This document shows, in pieces, positions 1 through 8,578 of a DNA stretch of 64,000 nt (its first letter is position 1; every line of letters begins with the position of its first letter). The stretch covers positions 26,153 to 90,152 of the forward strand of contig CAZXFD010000002.1 in NCBI GenBank assembly GCA_964640635.1, given 5' to 3'. The notes beneath the pieces were generated by a model. The model was not told the origin of the DNA. It saw only the letters and a list, made by a program, of their open reading frames with translations, and searched no databases. The position numbers were made by a program, and so were the translations under genes. The DNA comes from an uncultured Gammaproteobacteria bacterium. GTDB lineage: Bacteria > Patescibacteriota > Patescibacteriia > UBA1558 > S5-K13.

Positions 1-132
1 AAATGACTTGGTTTAACAAAAGAAAAGATATTACTTGGATAAAAAATGAGAAAGAGGCTAAAAAATTAATTAAACAGTTTCTTATGTTCTAAGATTTTAA
101 AATATATAGGAAATAATTAAAAATAAAAAAAT

Positions 133-606
133 ATGGCATTTATTTATGAAACTAAAAATTTTATAGTTGAAGCCCCAGATAAACCTCATATCACAAGAAC
201 TGACGGTGGTCACATCAAAATTACACCAAAAATAAAAATTACTGATCGTACAGAATTAAATCCTAAATTAGCAATTGAATTAATGAGATTAACAATTATT
301 ACTGGAAAAGCTTTTAAAGTGGCAATGACAAATCTTGGTATAGAAATAATGCGCATTAATTATCAAGATATGGGAAATTGGGCATACAAAAAAAATGAAA
401 AGCCATACTTTCATATTCATTTATATGGCAGATCAAAAAATGCAAAATTTCAACCATATTATGAAGCGGTTTATTTGCCAGATAGAGATACTAAATTCTA
501 TGACAATTTTGAATCATTAAATGACGACGATATAAAAGAAATACAGAAACAAATTAAAATTATTTCACAAGAAGAAAAATATCAAAACAAAGAATGGGGC
601 TTATAG
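133..606 (+). CDS. HIT-like (histidine-triad superfamily) domain protein with a degenerate triad motif (FHIHLYGR)
   Basis: 157-aa ORF. The C-terminal PYFHIHLYGR resembles the HxHxHxx HIT motif with one His replaced by Tyr. An N-terminal TDGGHIKITPK beta-strand region precedes it, as in HIT folds. A terminator hairpin follows. Confidence 0.4.
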   Translation: MAFIYETKNFIVEAPDKPHITRTDGGHIKITPKIKITDRTELNPKLAIELMRLTIITGKAFKVAMTNLGIEIMRINYQDMGNWAYKKNEKPYFHIHLYGRSKNAKFQPYYEAVYLPDRDTKFYDNFESLNDDDIKEIQKQIKIISQEEKYQNKEWGL

Positions 607-622
607 GCCCTGTTTTTTTGTG
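594..622 (+). terminator. Rho-independent terminator candidate (GGGC-ttatag-GCCC stem then T-run)
   Basis: A GC stem overlaps the TAG stop and is followed by tgtttttttg. Confidence 0.4.
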
Positions 623-795
623 TGCCACAAACTATTTACAAAACATGTCATGTGTGGTATAAATTTTTATTATTTGCAACTATCATAATAAACATCGAGC
701 TAATACAACGAAAAATCAAAAATAAACTTGATATAAAATAAATATATCGAACAAAAAAACAGTGTCTATAAACTCTGTTTTTTAATACCCTATAT

Positions 796-824
796 TTGAC
801 AAAACAAAAATATAGTGATATAGT
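796..824 (+). promoter_or_regulatory. Sigma70-like promoter: TTGACA, 17 nt spacer, TATAGT, overlapping an inverted repeat tagtgatat/atatcacta
   Basis: TTGACA at 796-801 and TATAGT at 819-824. A GGGAGG RBS lies 6 nt before the ATG at 857. The inverted repeat could be an operator. Confidence 0.5.
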
Positions 825-856
825 CAAATATCACTAAAAGATTCTGGGAGGAATAG

Positions 857-1396
857 ATGAAAGAATTCATAAAAAAGCTATTTGCGTGCTTTTTTTGTTG
901 GCGTAGAGAACATATCACAAATGATGAATTGGCTGGATCACCCATTATCGTTGCCTTTTCATTTGGTGGAAGATTTTATGGAACTGGAAAAAGCAATAGA
1001 TTTTTAATCGATTTTGCCTCTAGCTTATTTGAACAATACAGAACGCCTATAATAGCCCAGTGGGAAATAGGTGAATATGTTAAAAACGGTATAATCCAAA
1101 CAATAAAAAAAAGCCGAGTTGCTGGTCAATATTTAGATACATATGAAGTTGCCTATCAAGCAACTGAAGTATGCGAGAAACTTGGAATTAAAAAAGTCCT
1201 TGTACTAGCCCATCCGCATCACACATTAAGATGCAAATGGACATTAGAAAAATTAGGATTAAAGGCCTTCTTGATAGACACTACCAACTGTCCATATGAT
1301 CCAAAATCAAATCAGACATGGACAAGAAATGCCTTAAAGTTTATACCGAGAGAAATCCTTGCCAGATTAATGTATCTGGTAAAAGGATATATATAA
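857..1396 (+). CDS. DUF218/YdcF-like protein (SanA/ElyC superfamily), function unknown
   Basis: 179-aa ORF with a strong RBS. SFGGRF and LVLAHPHHTLRC segments resemble YdcF/DUF218 conserved blocks. The call is tentative. Confidence 0.4.
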   Translation: MKEFIKKLFACFFCWRREHITNDELAGSPIIVAFSFGGRFYGTGKSNRFLIDFASSLFEQYRTPIIAQWEIGEYVKNGIIQTIKKSRVAGQYLDTYEVAYQATEVCEKLGIKKVLVLAHPHHTLRCKWTLEKLGLKAFLIDTTNCPYDPKSNQTWTRNALKFIPREILARLMYLVKGYI

Positions 1397-1408
1397 TTTA
1401 AAAACACA

Positions 1409-1445
1409 AAGGGCAAGTCGAATGACTTAATGCCCTTTTTTTGTT
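1409..1445. terminator. Bidirectional intrinsic terminator between convergent genes (agggca...tgccct hairpin, T-run on + strand, A-run upstream)
   Basis: The hairpin 1409-1437 is followed by ttttttttg on the + strand and preceded by aaaaacacaaa, which gives the minus strand a T-run. Confidence 0.5.
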
Positions 1446-1454
1446 TATAAAAAA

Positions 1455-2411
1455 TTATTTTACTAAATCTTCTTTTTCAAGCAACCACATTATAATAGCT
1501 TTTTGAATATGCATTCTATTTTCAGCTTGATCAAAAATTACTGAATTTTTATGATGAATTGCGTCACTTGTTATCTCATAATCAATATGACATGGCATGC
1601 AATGCATTATCTTTACATTACTACAATATTTATCAACCATATCTGCATTTATCTGATATGGTAAAAAAACTTGTTTTCTTCTTTCAAATTCTGTTTCATA
1701 TTCTGGTTTTATTTTTCCGTTTTCAAAAAACTCCATATCCATCCAAGTATCAGTATGAATATAATCCGCATCTTTAAGAGCACTTTCTAAATTTAAATCA
1801 TTAGATACCAACCCTGTATCATTAGCAATTTTATTTAATTCTTCATCAATGCTTATTTGATGCGCCTCTGGGGAACACAATACAAAATTAATTCCGAGTT
1901 TGACACAAAGTAGTTTCAAAGTATTAGAAACATTATTTTCTATTCCAAGCCACACCACCTTTTTTATATTTTCTATATCACCTGAATGTTCAATCATTGT
2001 AAGCATATCCCCAAGTGCTTGGCATGGATGATACTTTTCACTACAAGCATCAATAACTGGTATTTGATTAAAAGATGATGCTTTTATTACACTTTCTACT
2101 TTTTGAGCTCTCATCATAATAATTTGACCAAATCTCATAACAGCTTGAATCTCATCTCCATAATCAGTAAGGGCAAACTGTGTTGTTTTTTGATCCAAAA
2201 AAATTGCATGCCCACCAAGCTCTGTCATTCCAGCTTCAAATGAAAGTCTTGTTCTTGTAGAAGATTTTTGAAAAAGCATCAAAAGGGTTTGATTTTCTAA
2301 ATAATTTGTTAACTCTCCTCTATTTCTTTTTTCTTTTATTTTTTGAGCGAGCTCAATAATTTTTAAAAGATCTTCTTTGGTTTGTTCTTTTAACGATATT
2401 AAATGTCTCAT
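1455..2411 (-). CDS. Ornithine-carbamoyltransferase-family transcarbamylase (divergent; SMG ornithine-binding motif replaced by MDM)
   Basis: STRTR carbamoyl-phosphate motif, HPCQ, an HCMP(C) motif resembling OTCase HCLP, and a C-terminal ENRMHIQKA helix. The DxxxSMG motif reads DTWMDME. The gene lies 24 nt downstream of pyrI. Confidence 0.75.
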   Translation of the reverse strand: MRHLISLKEQTKEDLLKIIELAQKIKEKRNRGELTNYLENQTLLMLFQKSSTRTRLSFEAGMTELGGHAIFLDQKTTQFALTDYGDEIQAVMRFGQIIMMRAQKVESVIKASSFNQIPVIDACSEKYHPCQALGDMLTMIEHSGDIENIKKVVWLGIENNVSNTLKLLCVKLGINFVLCSPEAHQISIDEELNKIANDTGLVSNDLNLESALKDADYIHTDTWMDMEFFENGKIKPEYETEFERRKQVFLPYQINADMVDKYCSNVKIMHCMPCHIDYEITSDAIHHKNSVIFDQAENRMHIQKAIIMWLLEKEDLVK

Positions 2412-2435
2412 TTTATTAGCTTAAATTATTTTTTA

Positions 2436-2900
2436 TTATATACTTATTTCAACCTCATCTATAATATATTTTTTCTCACAATAGGTACATCTTACTTTTA
2501 TGGGATTTTTTTCTGGAATAAAAAACCTGGATTTAATATGTTCCGTATTTGTAATACATTTTGGATTTGGACAAATAATAAATCCTTCAATCAAATTTGG
2601 AATATCTGCTTTTAATTTTTTTACTACAGCACTATTTTCAATAATTGAAACTGTAACATCTGGTGCAATAAGTGCTATTGTATCAAATTCATCTTTTGAT
2701 AATTCTTTGTCTGATATCTTTATCAAATCTTTTTTTCCAAACTTAGTACTTTCTAAATTGATACCAACTATTACCTGATTATCATTTTTTAGGCTTAACA
2801 ATTTTAAAACTTTCATAGCACAATTTTCTGGAATATGATCTATAACAGTTCCATTTTCTATTGCGCGAGCAACGTTTTTGACATCATTTAATTCACTCAT
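2436..2900 (-). CDS. pyrI: Aspartate carbamoyltransferase regulatory subunit
   Basis: NGTVIDHIP N-terminal motif and C-terminal zinc-binding CxxxxC...CxxC (ICPNPKC...CTYC). The gene sits 2 nt downstream of pyrB. Confidence 0.85.
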   Translation of the reverse strand: MSELNDVKNVARAIENGTVIDHIPENCAMKVLKLLSLKNDNQVIVGINLESTKFGKKDLIKISDKELSKDEFDTIALIAPDVTVSIIENSAVVKKLKADIPNLIEGFIICPNPKCITNTEHIKSRFFIPEKNPIKVRCTYCEKKYIIDEVEISI

Positions 2901-2902
2901 AT

Positions 2903-3823
2903 TTATATTCCTTTCAATAAAATAGAAATTATAGCTTGACGCATATAAACTCCATTTTTTACTTGTTCAAAATAATACGCATACTTTGTCTTATCAACTG
3001 CAAGAGTAATCTCATTTACCCTTGGTAGTGGATGCATGATCTTAAAACTATCTTTCACATTTTTAAGAAGTGGCGTATCTACAATATACAAATTTTTTAC
3101 TTTTTCATATTCTTCTGGATCTGTAAATCTTTCTTTTTGAATTCGTGTAACATACATAATATCTAATTTATCAATTACATCTTCTATTTTATCGTGTTCC
3201 GAAAAATTAACATTTTTTAATTTTAAATCATTTTTTATATGCTCTGGCATTTTCAAATGTCCTGGAGAAATAAAATATAAGTTTGGCGAAAAATCAGATA
3301 GTGCCTGAGAAAGAGAATGAACAGTGCGCCCAAATTTCAAATCTCCAACCATGGCAATATTAAGATTATCTAGCCTTCCTTGTGTTTTCATTATTGAATA
3401 CATATCTAAAAGTGCTTGTGTGGGGTGTTGATTTGCACCATCTCCTGCATTTATAACTGGAATATTTAAAATCTCTGACGCATAACGAGCTGAGCCCTCA
3501 ATAGGAGATCTCATTATCACAAGATCAACATACTGACTTATAGTCATCAATGTATCGTGCAGTGATTCACCTTTTTTCAAAGATGTTTGTTCTGCGTCTT
3601 TAAGAGATAATGCCGTACCTCCAAGTTTTTTCATTGCTGTTTCAAAAGAAAATTTTGTTCTTGTAGATGGCTCAAAAAACAAAAGCGCTGCAAGCTGACC
3701 ATTTAGATCTGGGGTAAGCTTACCGCTTTCTATTTTCTCTGCCACATCCACAAAATGCAAGATATCTTCTTTTGAAATATCCTGCATTGAAATAAGATGT
3801 TTCATTTTTTTCTTGTTCCACAT
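2903..3823 (-). CDS. pyrB: Aspartate carbamoyltransferase catalytic subunit
   Basis: STRTKFSFE, HPTQ and YVTRIQKERF motifs. The true start may be the second Met at 3805 (MKHLISMQDIS). Confidence 0.9.
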   Translation of the reverse strand: MWNKKKMKHLISMQDISKEDILHFVDVAEKIESGKLTPDLNGQLAALLFFEPSTRTKFSFETAMKKLGGTALSLKDAEQTSLKKGESLHDTLMTISQYVDLVIMRSPIEGSARYASEILNIPVINAGDGANQHPTQALLDMYSIMKTQGRLDNLNIAMVGDLKFGRTVHSLSQALSDFSPNLYFISPGHLKMPEHIKNDLKLKNVNFSEHDKIEDVIDKLDIMYVTRIQKERFTDPEEYEKVKNLYIVDTPLLKNVKDSFKIMHPLPRVNEITLAVDKTKYAYYFEQVKNGVYMRQAIISILLKGI

Positions 3824-3849
3824 TGTGCGGAAAATTAATTATTATGTAT

Positions 3850-3875
3850 AAAAAAATAACCCTCTTACAGAGGGT
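3850..3875 (-). terminator. Candidate intrinsic terminator on the minus strand (accctct-tac-agagggt hairpin plus T-run)
   Basis: The hairpin 3859-3875 has a T-run on the minus strand (RC of aaaaaaata 3850-3858). It lies downstream of gatB and upstream of pyrB. Confidence 0.35.
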
Positions 3876-4043
3876 AAATAAATAAAGACAATGTGCCTAC
3901 AGGAATTTGATTGATTTTATGTCTATTTATATTCATATTAAAAATAATTATAGCACAAATATTTACTTACAAAAAGAAAGTTATCCACAACAAAAAACAA
4001 CCCCCATATAGAGATTGTTTTATATTGTAATTCATCGAGATTA

Positions 4044-5531
4044 CTAGCTCAATTTATCCTTAAACAGTTTCTCTACCATAACTGGATTTGCTCGTCCACG
4101 AGTTTCTTTCATAGCAACACCTACAAAATATTTCATCAAATTTTCCTTACCAGATTTATACTGACTAACCTGTTCTTCATTGTCTAAAATAATTTTATTC
4201 ACCAAAGATTCCAATATACCCTCATCACTTTCCTGTAATAAGTCTTGTTCTTTCGCAAATTGAAGTGGATCTACTCCAGTTTCAAACATTTGTTTTAATA
4301 TAAGCTGTCCTGCAGAACTATTTATTTGATTTTCATACAACATTGCTATCATCTGACCCATGTTCTCAGCACTAATCTTCATATTTTCAAAAGTAGTCCC
4401 AGATTGATTAACAAGCTTAAAAATTTCTGAACAAATCCATCCACTTATAATTCTAACACAATCCTTTTTTATTAATTTCCAATCTCTTTTGTCTCCTAAT
4501 TCCAAAATCCATTCTCTAAATTCTGAAATAACAGCTTCAAAATAATCCGCTACATTTTTTGAAACTATCAAAGCTTCTGCTGATTTAATATCTAATTCGT
4601 ATTGACTAACAAATCTTTCAAGTTTTTGATATGGAAGCTCTATCATATCTGATTTTATCTTTTCTATTTTTTCATCACTAATTATAAGGGCCTTTAAATC
4701 TGGTTCCTTAAAATATCTATAATCATTTGCCTCTTCTTTAGAACGTTGCAATACTGTAATTTGTTTATTTTCATCCCAACCTCTTGTTGTTTGCTCACGT
4801 GGAATTTTATTATTATTCCAAGAAATACTTTGTCTTTCTATTTCGTATTTTATCGCCCCCTCCACAGAACGGAAAGAATTGAGATTCTTTACCTCTGTTT
4901 TTGGATAAAGATTATCATCCCCCACTGGACGAAGCGACACATTGACATCACATCTCAAATTACCCTTCTCCATGTCAGCATCTGAAACTCCTAAATATCT
5001 ACAAATTTGCCTCAAGTCTTGTAAAAAAATTCTTGCTGCTTCAGCACTTTTAATACTAGGGCGAGTTACAATTTCAGCAAGCGGTGTTCCTGCACGATTA
5101 AAATCAATCAAAGAGTGATTATCTTTGTGTAAATTTTTAGCAGAATCATTTTCTATATGCAATTTTTCTATTTCAACTCTTACTTTTTTATCACCATCTT
5201 TTATAATCAAAAATCCATCTCTAGATAGTGGCTCATCAAGCTGAGTAATTTGATAGCCCTGAGGAAGATCTGGATAAAAATAATTTTTTCTTTCAAACAC
5301 ACTTTTTTGATTTATTTTCAAATTAAGTGCTAGGGCAAGTTTCACTCCCAAATCTACAGCAGACTCATTTAGCGTAGGAAGTGTTCCTGGATGTCCCATA
5401 CAAATTGGACAGACAACACTGTTTGGTTTAATGTCGTCAGCTACATTGGAACAACTACAAAACATTTTTGACTTTGTTTTTAGCTGAACATGTATTTCTA
5501 ATCCTATTATTGGCTCTAACTTTGTATTCAT
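4044..5531 (-). CDS. gatB: Asp-tRNA(Asn)/Glu-tRNA(Gln) amidotransferase subunit B
   Basis: The EPIIGLEIHVQL N-terminal signature and length fit GatB. No gatA or gatC is adjacent. Confidence 0.9.
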   Translation of the reverse strand: MNTKLEPIIGLEIHVQLKTKSKMFCSCSNVADDIKPNSVVCPICMGHPGTLPTLNESAVDLGVKLALALNLKINQKSVFERKNYFYPDLPQGYQITQLDEPLSRDGFLIIKDGDKKVRVEIEKLHIENDSAKNLHKDNHSLIDFNRAGTPLAEIVTRPSIKSAEAARIFLQDLRQICRYLGVSDADMEKGNLRCDVNVSLRPVGDDNLYPKTEVKNLNSFRSVEGAIKYEIERQSISWNNNKIPREQTTRGWDENKQITVLQRSKEEANDYRYFKEPDLKALIISDEKIEKIKSDMIELPYQKLERFVSQYELDIKSAEALIVSKNVADYFEAVISEFREWILELGDKRDWKLIKKDCVRIISGWICSEIFKLVNQSGTTFENMKISAENMGQMIAMLYENQINSSAGQLILKQMFETGVDPLQFAKEQDLLQESDEGILESLVNKIILDNEEQVSQYKSGKENLMKYFVGVAMKETRGRANPVMVEKLFKDKLS

Positions 5532-5594
5532 AATATTTTTTAAAATTATATTATCTCACTTGCATTCAATATTCGTATAATTAGCATGCATTAG

Positions 5595-5618
5595 TACCTG
5601 CCTACCGGCAGGCAGGTA
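5595..5618. repeat. GC-rich near-perfect palindrome tacCTGCCTaCCGGCAGGCAGGta
   Basis: It has one mismatch relative to the perfect copy at 7356-7375. It lies between the argS stop and the gatB start, so it probably acts as a terminator or attenuator. Confidence 0.6.
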
Positions 5619-5631
5619 TTAGCATCGCTTG

Positions 5632-7317
5632 CTACATCTTATCCACTGTCTCAATTCCAAGAAGTTCTAATCCATTTTTTATTACCTGAGAAACACAGAA
5701 AACAAGTAAAATTTTGTTCTTCATTTCCTTTTCAGATCCTGATAAAACTCTACAATTATTATAAAATTCATTAAAAATCTTTGCCAACTCTATCAAATAA
5801 TTTGCTAAGTGACTTGGCCTATAACTCTCTGCAGATTTTATAATTATTTCCTTAAATAAGCTAATCTGTTTTATTAAATTAATTTCTTCTTTTGTGGTGA
5901 AGCTAAAATTTATATCAACATCTGGAATTAATTTATATTCTTTCTTTGCTTTCTCTAAAATACTACAACACCTGACAAATGTATATTGTAAATATACAGA
6001 ACTATCTCCATCAAAAGACAACATTTTAGACCAATCAAATATAACATTTCTTGCCCTGTCAGTTGATAAATCATTAAATATCACAGCACCTATTCCTATT
6101 TTTTTTGCAGTATCGTCAATATTTTTGACTTGAGATTTCTTTTCCTCTAGTATCTTGGTAGATAATTTTATTGATTCATCAAGAACTTCTTCAAGTGCAA
6201 TAGTCTTGCCATCGCGCGTAGACATCTTTCCATCTTTAAAAGCAAACATTCCAAATTCAACATGAACAAATCTATTTTTATTCATACCCATAAGATCAAG
6301 CACCCTAAACAATTGCTCAAAATGAAGTTTTTGATCTATCCCAACAACATACAAAAGCTTTTCTGGTTTATATTGCTCTAATCTATACAAAGCAGCTGCG
6401 AGATCTCTAAGATGATAACTACTCGTTCCATTTGATTTAATTGCAAAAAATGGTGGCATGCCATAGTTTTCTAAATCGACTATTAAAGCTCCTTCAGAAA
6501 CAACTGTTTGTGTTTTTTTCTTTAAAGTTTTCAAAGTGCTCTCAAGTTTTGAAATATAAAAAGCCTCTCCATCATAATGATCAAATTTTATCTTTAACAT
6601 CTTATAAATTTTATCAAACTCTTCTAAGCTTAATTTTCTGAACTCTTTCCATAGCTCTAGATTTTTTTTATCATTGTTCTCTAATTTCTGAAATTCATCT
6701 CTTGCTAGATCATCTAGTTTTGGATTGTCTTTTGCTTCTTGATGAAATTTCACATATAAAAATAATAGGTGTTTAATTGCGTCTTTTTTTAATTCCTTCA
6801 CATTGCCCCAATTTTTATAGGCATAAATTAATTTGCCAAATTGAGTTCCCCAATCTCCCAAATGATTTACAGAAATTGTTTTATAACCAAGGTTTTTGTA
6901 AATTTTATAAAGTGATCCGCCTATCACAGTGCTTCGCAGATGCCCTATTCCAAGTGGTTTTGCAATATTAGGACTAGAGATATCCATAACAACTGTTTTG
7001 TTTTTTCCTATATTTTGTTTTCCAAAAACATTTTTTTCTGTATAAATTTCTTTTAACAGCGTTTTTGCATATTTATTATAATCAATAAAAAAATTTAAAT
7101 ATGGGCCAGTTGCTTTAATTTCTTTCAAAAAAATAGGTTTTTTTATTTTCTGACATAATTCAATCGCAATTTCAGCTGGTGATTTTTTCATTGCTTTAGA
7201 AAGCTCAAAACAAGGAAAAGCAAAGTCACCCAATTCATTATTTGGTGGAAGCTCCACTGATGGATTTTTAATTCCAGAATATTGTTCTATTAATTTTTTT
7301 ATTTTTTCTTGAAACAT
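5632..7317 (-). CDS. argS: Arginine--tRNA ligase
   Basis: 561 aa with an N-terminal GDFAFP motif, a class I catalytic core (GHLRS) and a C-terminus ending in M, as is typical for ArgS. Confidence 0.9.
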   Translation of the reverse strand: MFQEKIKKLIEQYSGIKNPSVELPPNNELGDFAFPCFELSKAMKKSPAEIAIELCQKIKKPIFLKEIKATGPYLNFFIDYNKYAKTLLKEIYTEKNVFGKQNIGKNKTVVMDISSPNIAKPLGIGHLRSTVIGGSLYKIYKNLGYKTISVNHLGDWGTQFGKLIYAYKNWGNVKELKKDAIKHLLFLYVKFHQEAKDNPKLDDLARDEFQKLENNDKKNLELWKEFRKLSLEEFDKIYKMLKIKFDHYDGEAFYISKLESTLKTLKKKTQTVVSEGALIVDLENYGMPPFFAIKSNGTSSYHLRDLAAALYRLEQYKPEKLLYVVGIDQKLHFEQLFRVLDLMGMNKNRFVHVEFGMFAFKDGKMSTRDGKTIALEEVLDESIKLSTKILEEKKSQVKNIDDTAKKIGIGAVIFNDLSTDRARNVIFDWSKMLSFDGDSSVYLQYTFVRCCSILEKAKKEYKLIPDVDINFSFTTKEEINLIKQISLFKEIIIKSAESYRPSHLANYLIELAKIFNEFYNNCRVLSGSEKEMKNKILLVFCVSQVIKNGLELLGIETVDKM

Positions 7318-7355
7318 GGGATAGTGTTTAGTATATATTCTAATCTTTTGACATT

Positions 7356-7375
7356 CCTGCCTGCCGGCAGGCAGG
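7356..7375. repeat. Perfect 20-bp GC palindrome CCTGCCTGCCGGCAGGCAGG
   Basis: The sequence is its own reverse complement. It sits between the glycosyltransferase stop and the argS start and is a sister copy of 5595-5618. Confidence 0.7.
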
Positions 7376-7376
7376 C

Positions 7377-7411
7377 GTCATTTGTCATTTGTCATTTGAC
7401 ATTTGTCATTT
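7377..7411. repeat. Tandem heptamer repeat (GTCATTT)x5 abutting the palindrome
   Basis: gtcatttgtcatttgtcatttgacatttgtcattt. It overlaps the stop of the upstream glycosyltransferase gene. Confidence 0.7.
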
Positions 7412-8578
7412 GAAATTAACAATGTGCTCCATCATTTGATCTACCTTTTTTTTCCAAGTATGTTCTTTTATAGCATCTAGTCTTGTTTCAATTTTCTCTG
7501 GGCTATTATTTAATTCTTCATTAATGCATGCATTAAATCTTTCAAAGTCATTAGCAACACTTACGACACTTCTAAATTGTTCTATACCCGGAGCATCTGT
7601 CGTAACAACTGGAATTCCACACGCCAAATATTCATATAATTTCATAGGACAGGTATATTTTATAAAATCATTTATATAGTGCGGAATTATTCCCACATCA
7701 AATCTACTTATATAATCCGGAGCCTCATTGTATTCTTTTGCTCCCAAAAGATAAATATTGGAAAATCTACGAAGTCTCTCTTCATCTTCTTTTCTCCAAA
7801 TAGGTCCAACAAGCACAATCGATTTATCTAAATTCTTTTTTGCAATATACTCAATCATGTCTAAATTAACCCTATTTTCTTGAATTATTCCCAAATAACC
7901 AATAATTGGTCTAGAAATCTTGGCTATATCATTATTTATTACCTTGTTTTTATTTGCATAATGAGCAAGATCAATTCCTTGAGTAATGTGATATATTTTA
8001 TCTGTTCTTGGATAAAAAATCTTTTCACTCTCTTCCGACAAAACAAAAATAATATTTGCTTTATCTCTTATTGTTTTATAGTTTTCTTCTAATTTTGTTT
8101 TTATATTTTTATAACTAGCATGTTCTGCCCAATTATCTACAGTATCAAAAACTGAGATGTCATATTCTATTTCATTAAAATATTCAACGTCAATAGGATA
8201 ATATGACCATAAAATAATATTTTTATAATTTTCTTTTTTTAAATATTCATCTATTTCTTTTAAATATTTTTTATGACCAAAAATATTTTGCACAGTTGAA
8301 TATACAAACACATTTTCTTCTGGACTATAAATCCTTGTAAAAGGTGATAATTTTATAGTTTTTCCTATATTATTTAAAAATATATTTTCCTTCCAATTAC
8401 GTAATGCTCTTTTTTTGGTTTGAGGAAGATAGTCAATTAGAAGTATTCTATTTACAAAATTATTAGATTTCAAAGAATTAAAAACTTGGAAGTTTCTATT
8501 ACTTATTCCTCTTTCCCAGTCTGTAAAACTAGACATAGAAAACATTACAATGTCATATTTCTTATCTTTTCTTATCAT
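7406..8578 (-). CDS. Glycosyltransferase family 1/4-like (GT-B fold)
   Basis: The C-terminal EYLACGIPVVTTDAPG block is typical of GT1/GT4 donor-binding domains. Its start overlaps the upstream gene by 4 nt (ATGA). Confidence 0.65.
   Translation of the reverse strand: MIRKDKKYDIVMFSMSSFTDWERGISNRNFQVFNSLKSNNFVNRILLIDYLPQTKKRALRNWKENIFLNNIGKTIKLSPFTRIYSPEENVFVYSTVQNIFGHKKYLKEIDEYLKKENYKNIILWSYYPIDVEYFNEIEYDISVFDTVDNWAEHASYKNIKTKLEENYKTIRDKANIIFVLSEESEKIFYPRTDKIYHITQGIDLAHYANKNKVINNDIAKISRPIIGYLGIIQENRVNLDMIEYIAKKNLDKSIVLVGPIWRKEDEERLRRFSNIYLLGAKEYNEAPDYISRFDVGIIPHYINDFIKYTCPMKLYEYLACGIPVVTTDAPGIEQFRSVVSVANDFERFNACINEELNNSPEKIETRLDAIKEHTWKKKVDQMMEHIVNFK

Noticed and set aside
2403-2778. Plus-strand ORFs 2403-2615 and 2500-2778
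   Set aside because: Both are fully overlapped by the well-supported minus-strand pyrI, and their translations are low-complexity Phe/Ile/Asn-rich, typical of antisense frames in AT-rich DNA.
7377-7411. Heptamer array as CRISPR, or as telomere-like or iteron-type origin repeats
   Set aside because: Only 5 units of 7 bp with no spacers and no associated rep or cas genes. It is most simply a microsatellite next to a palindrome.
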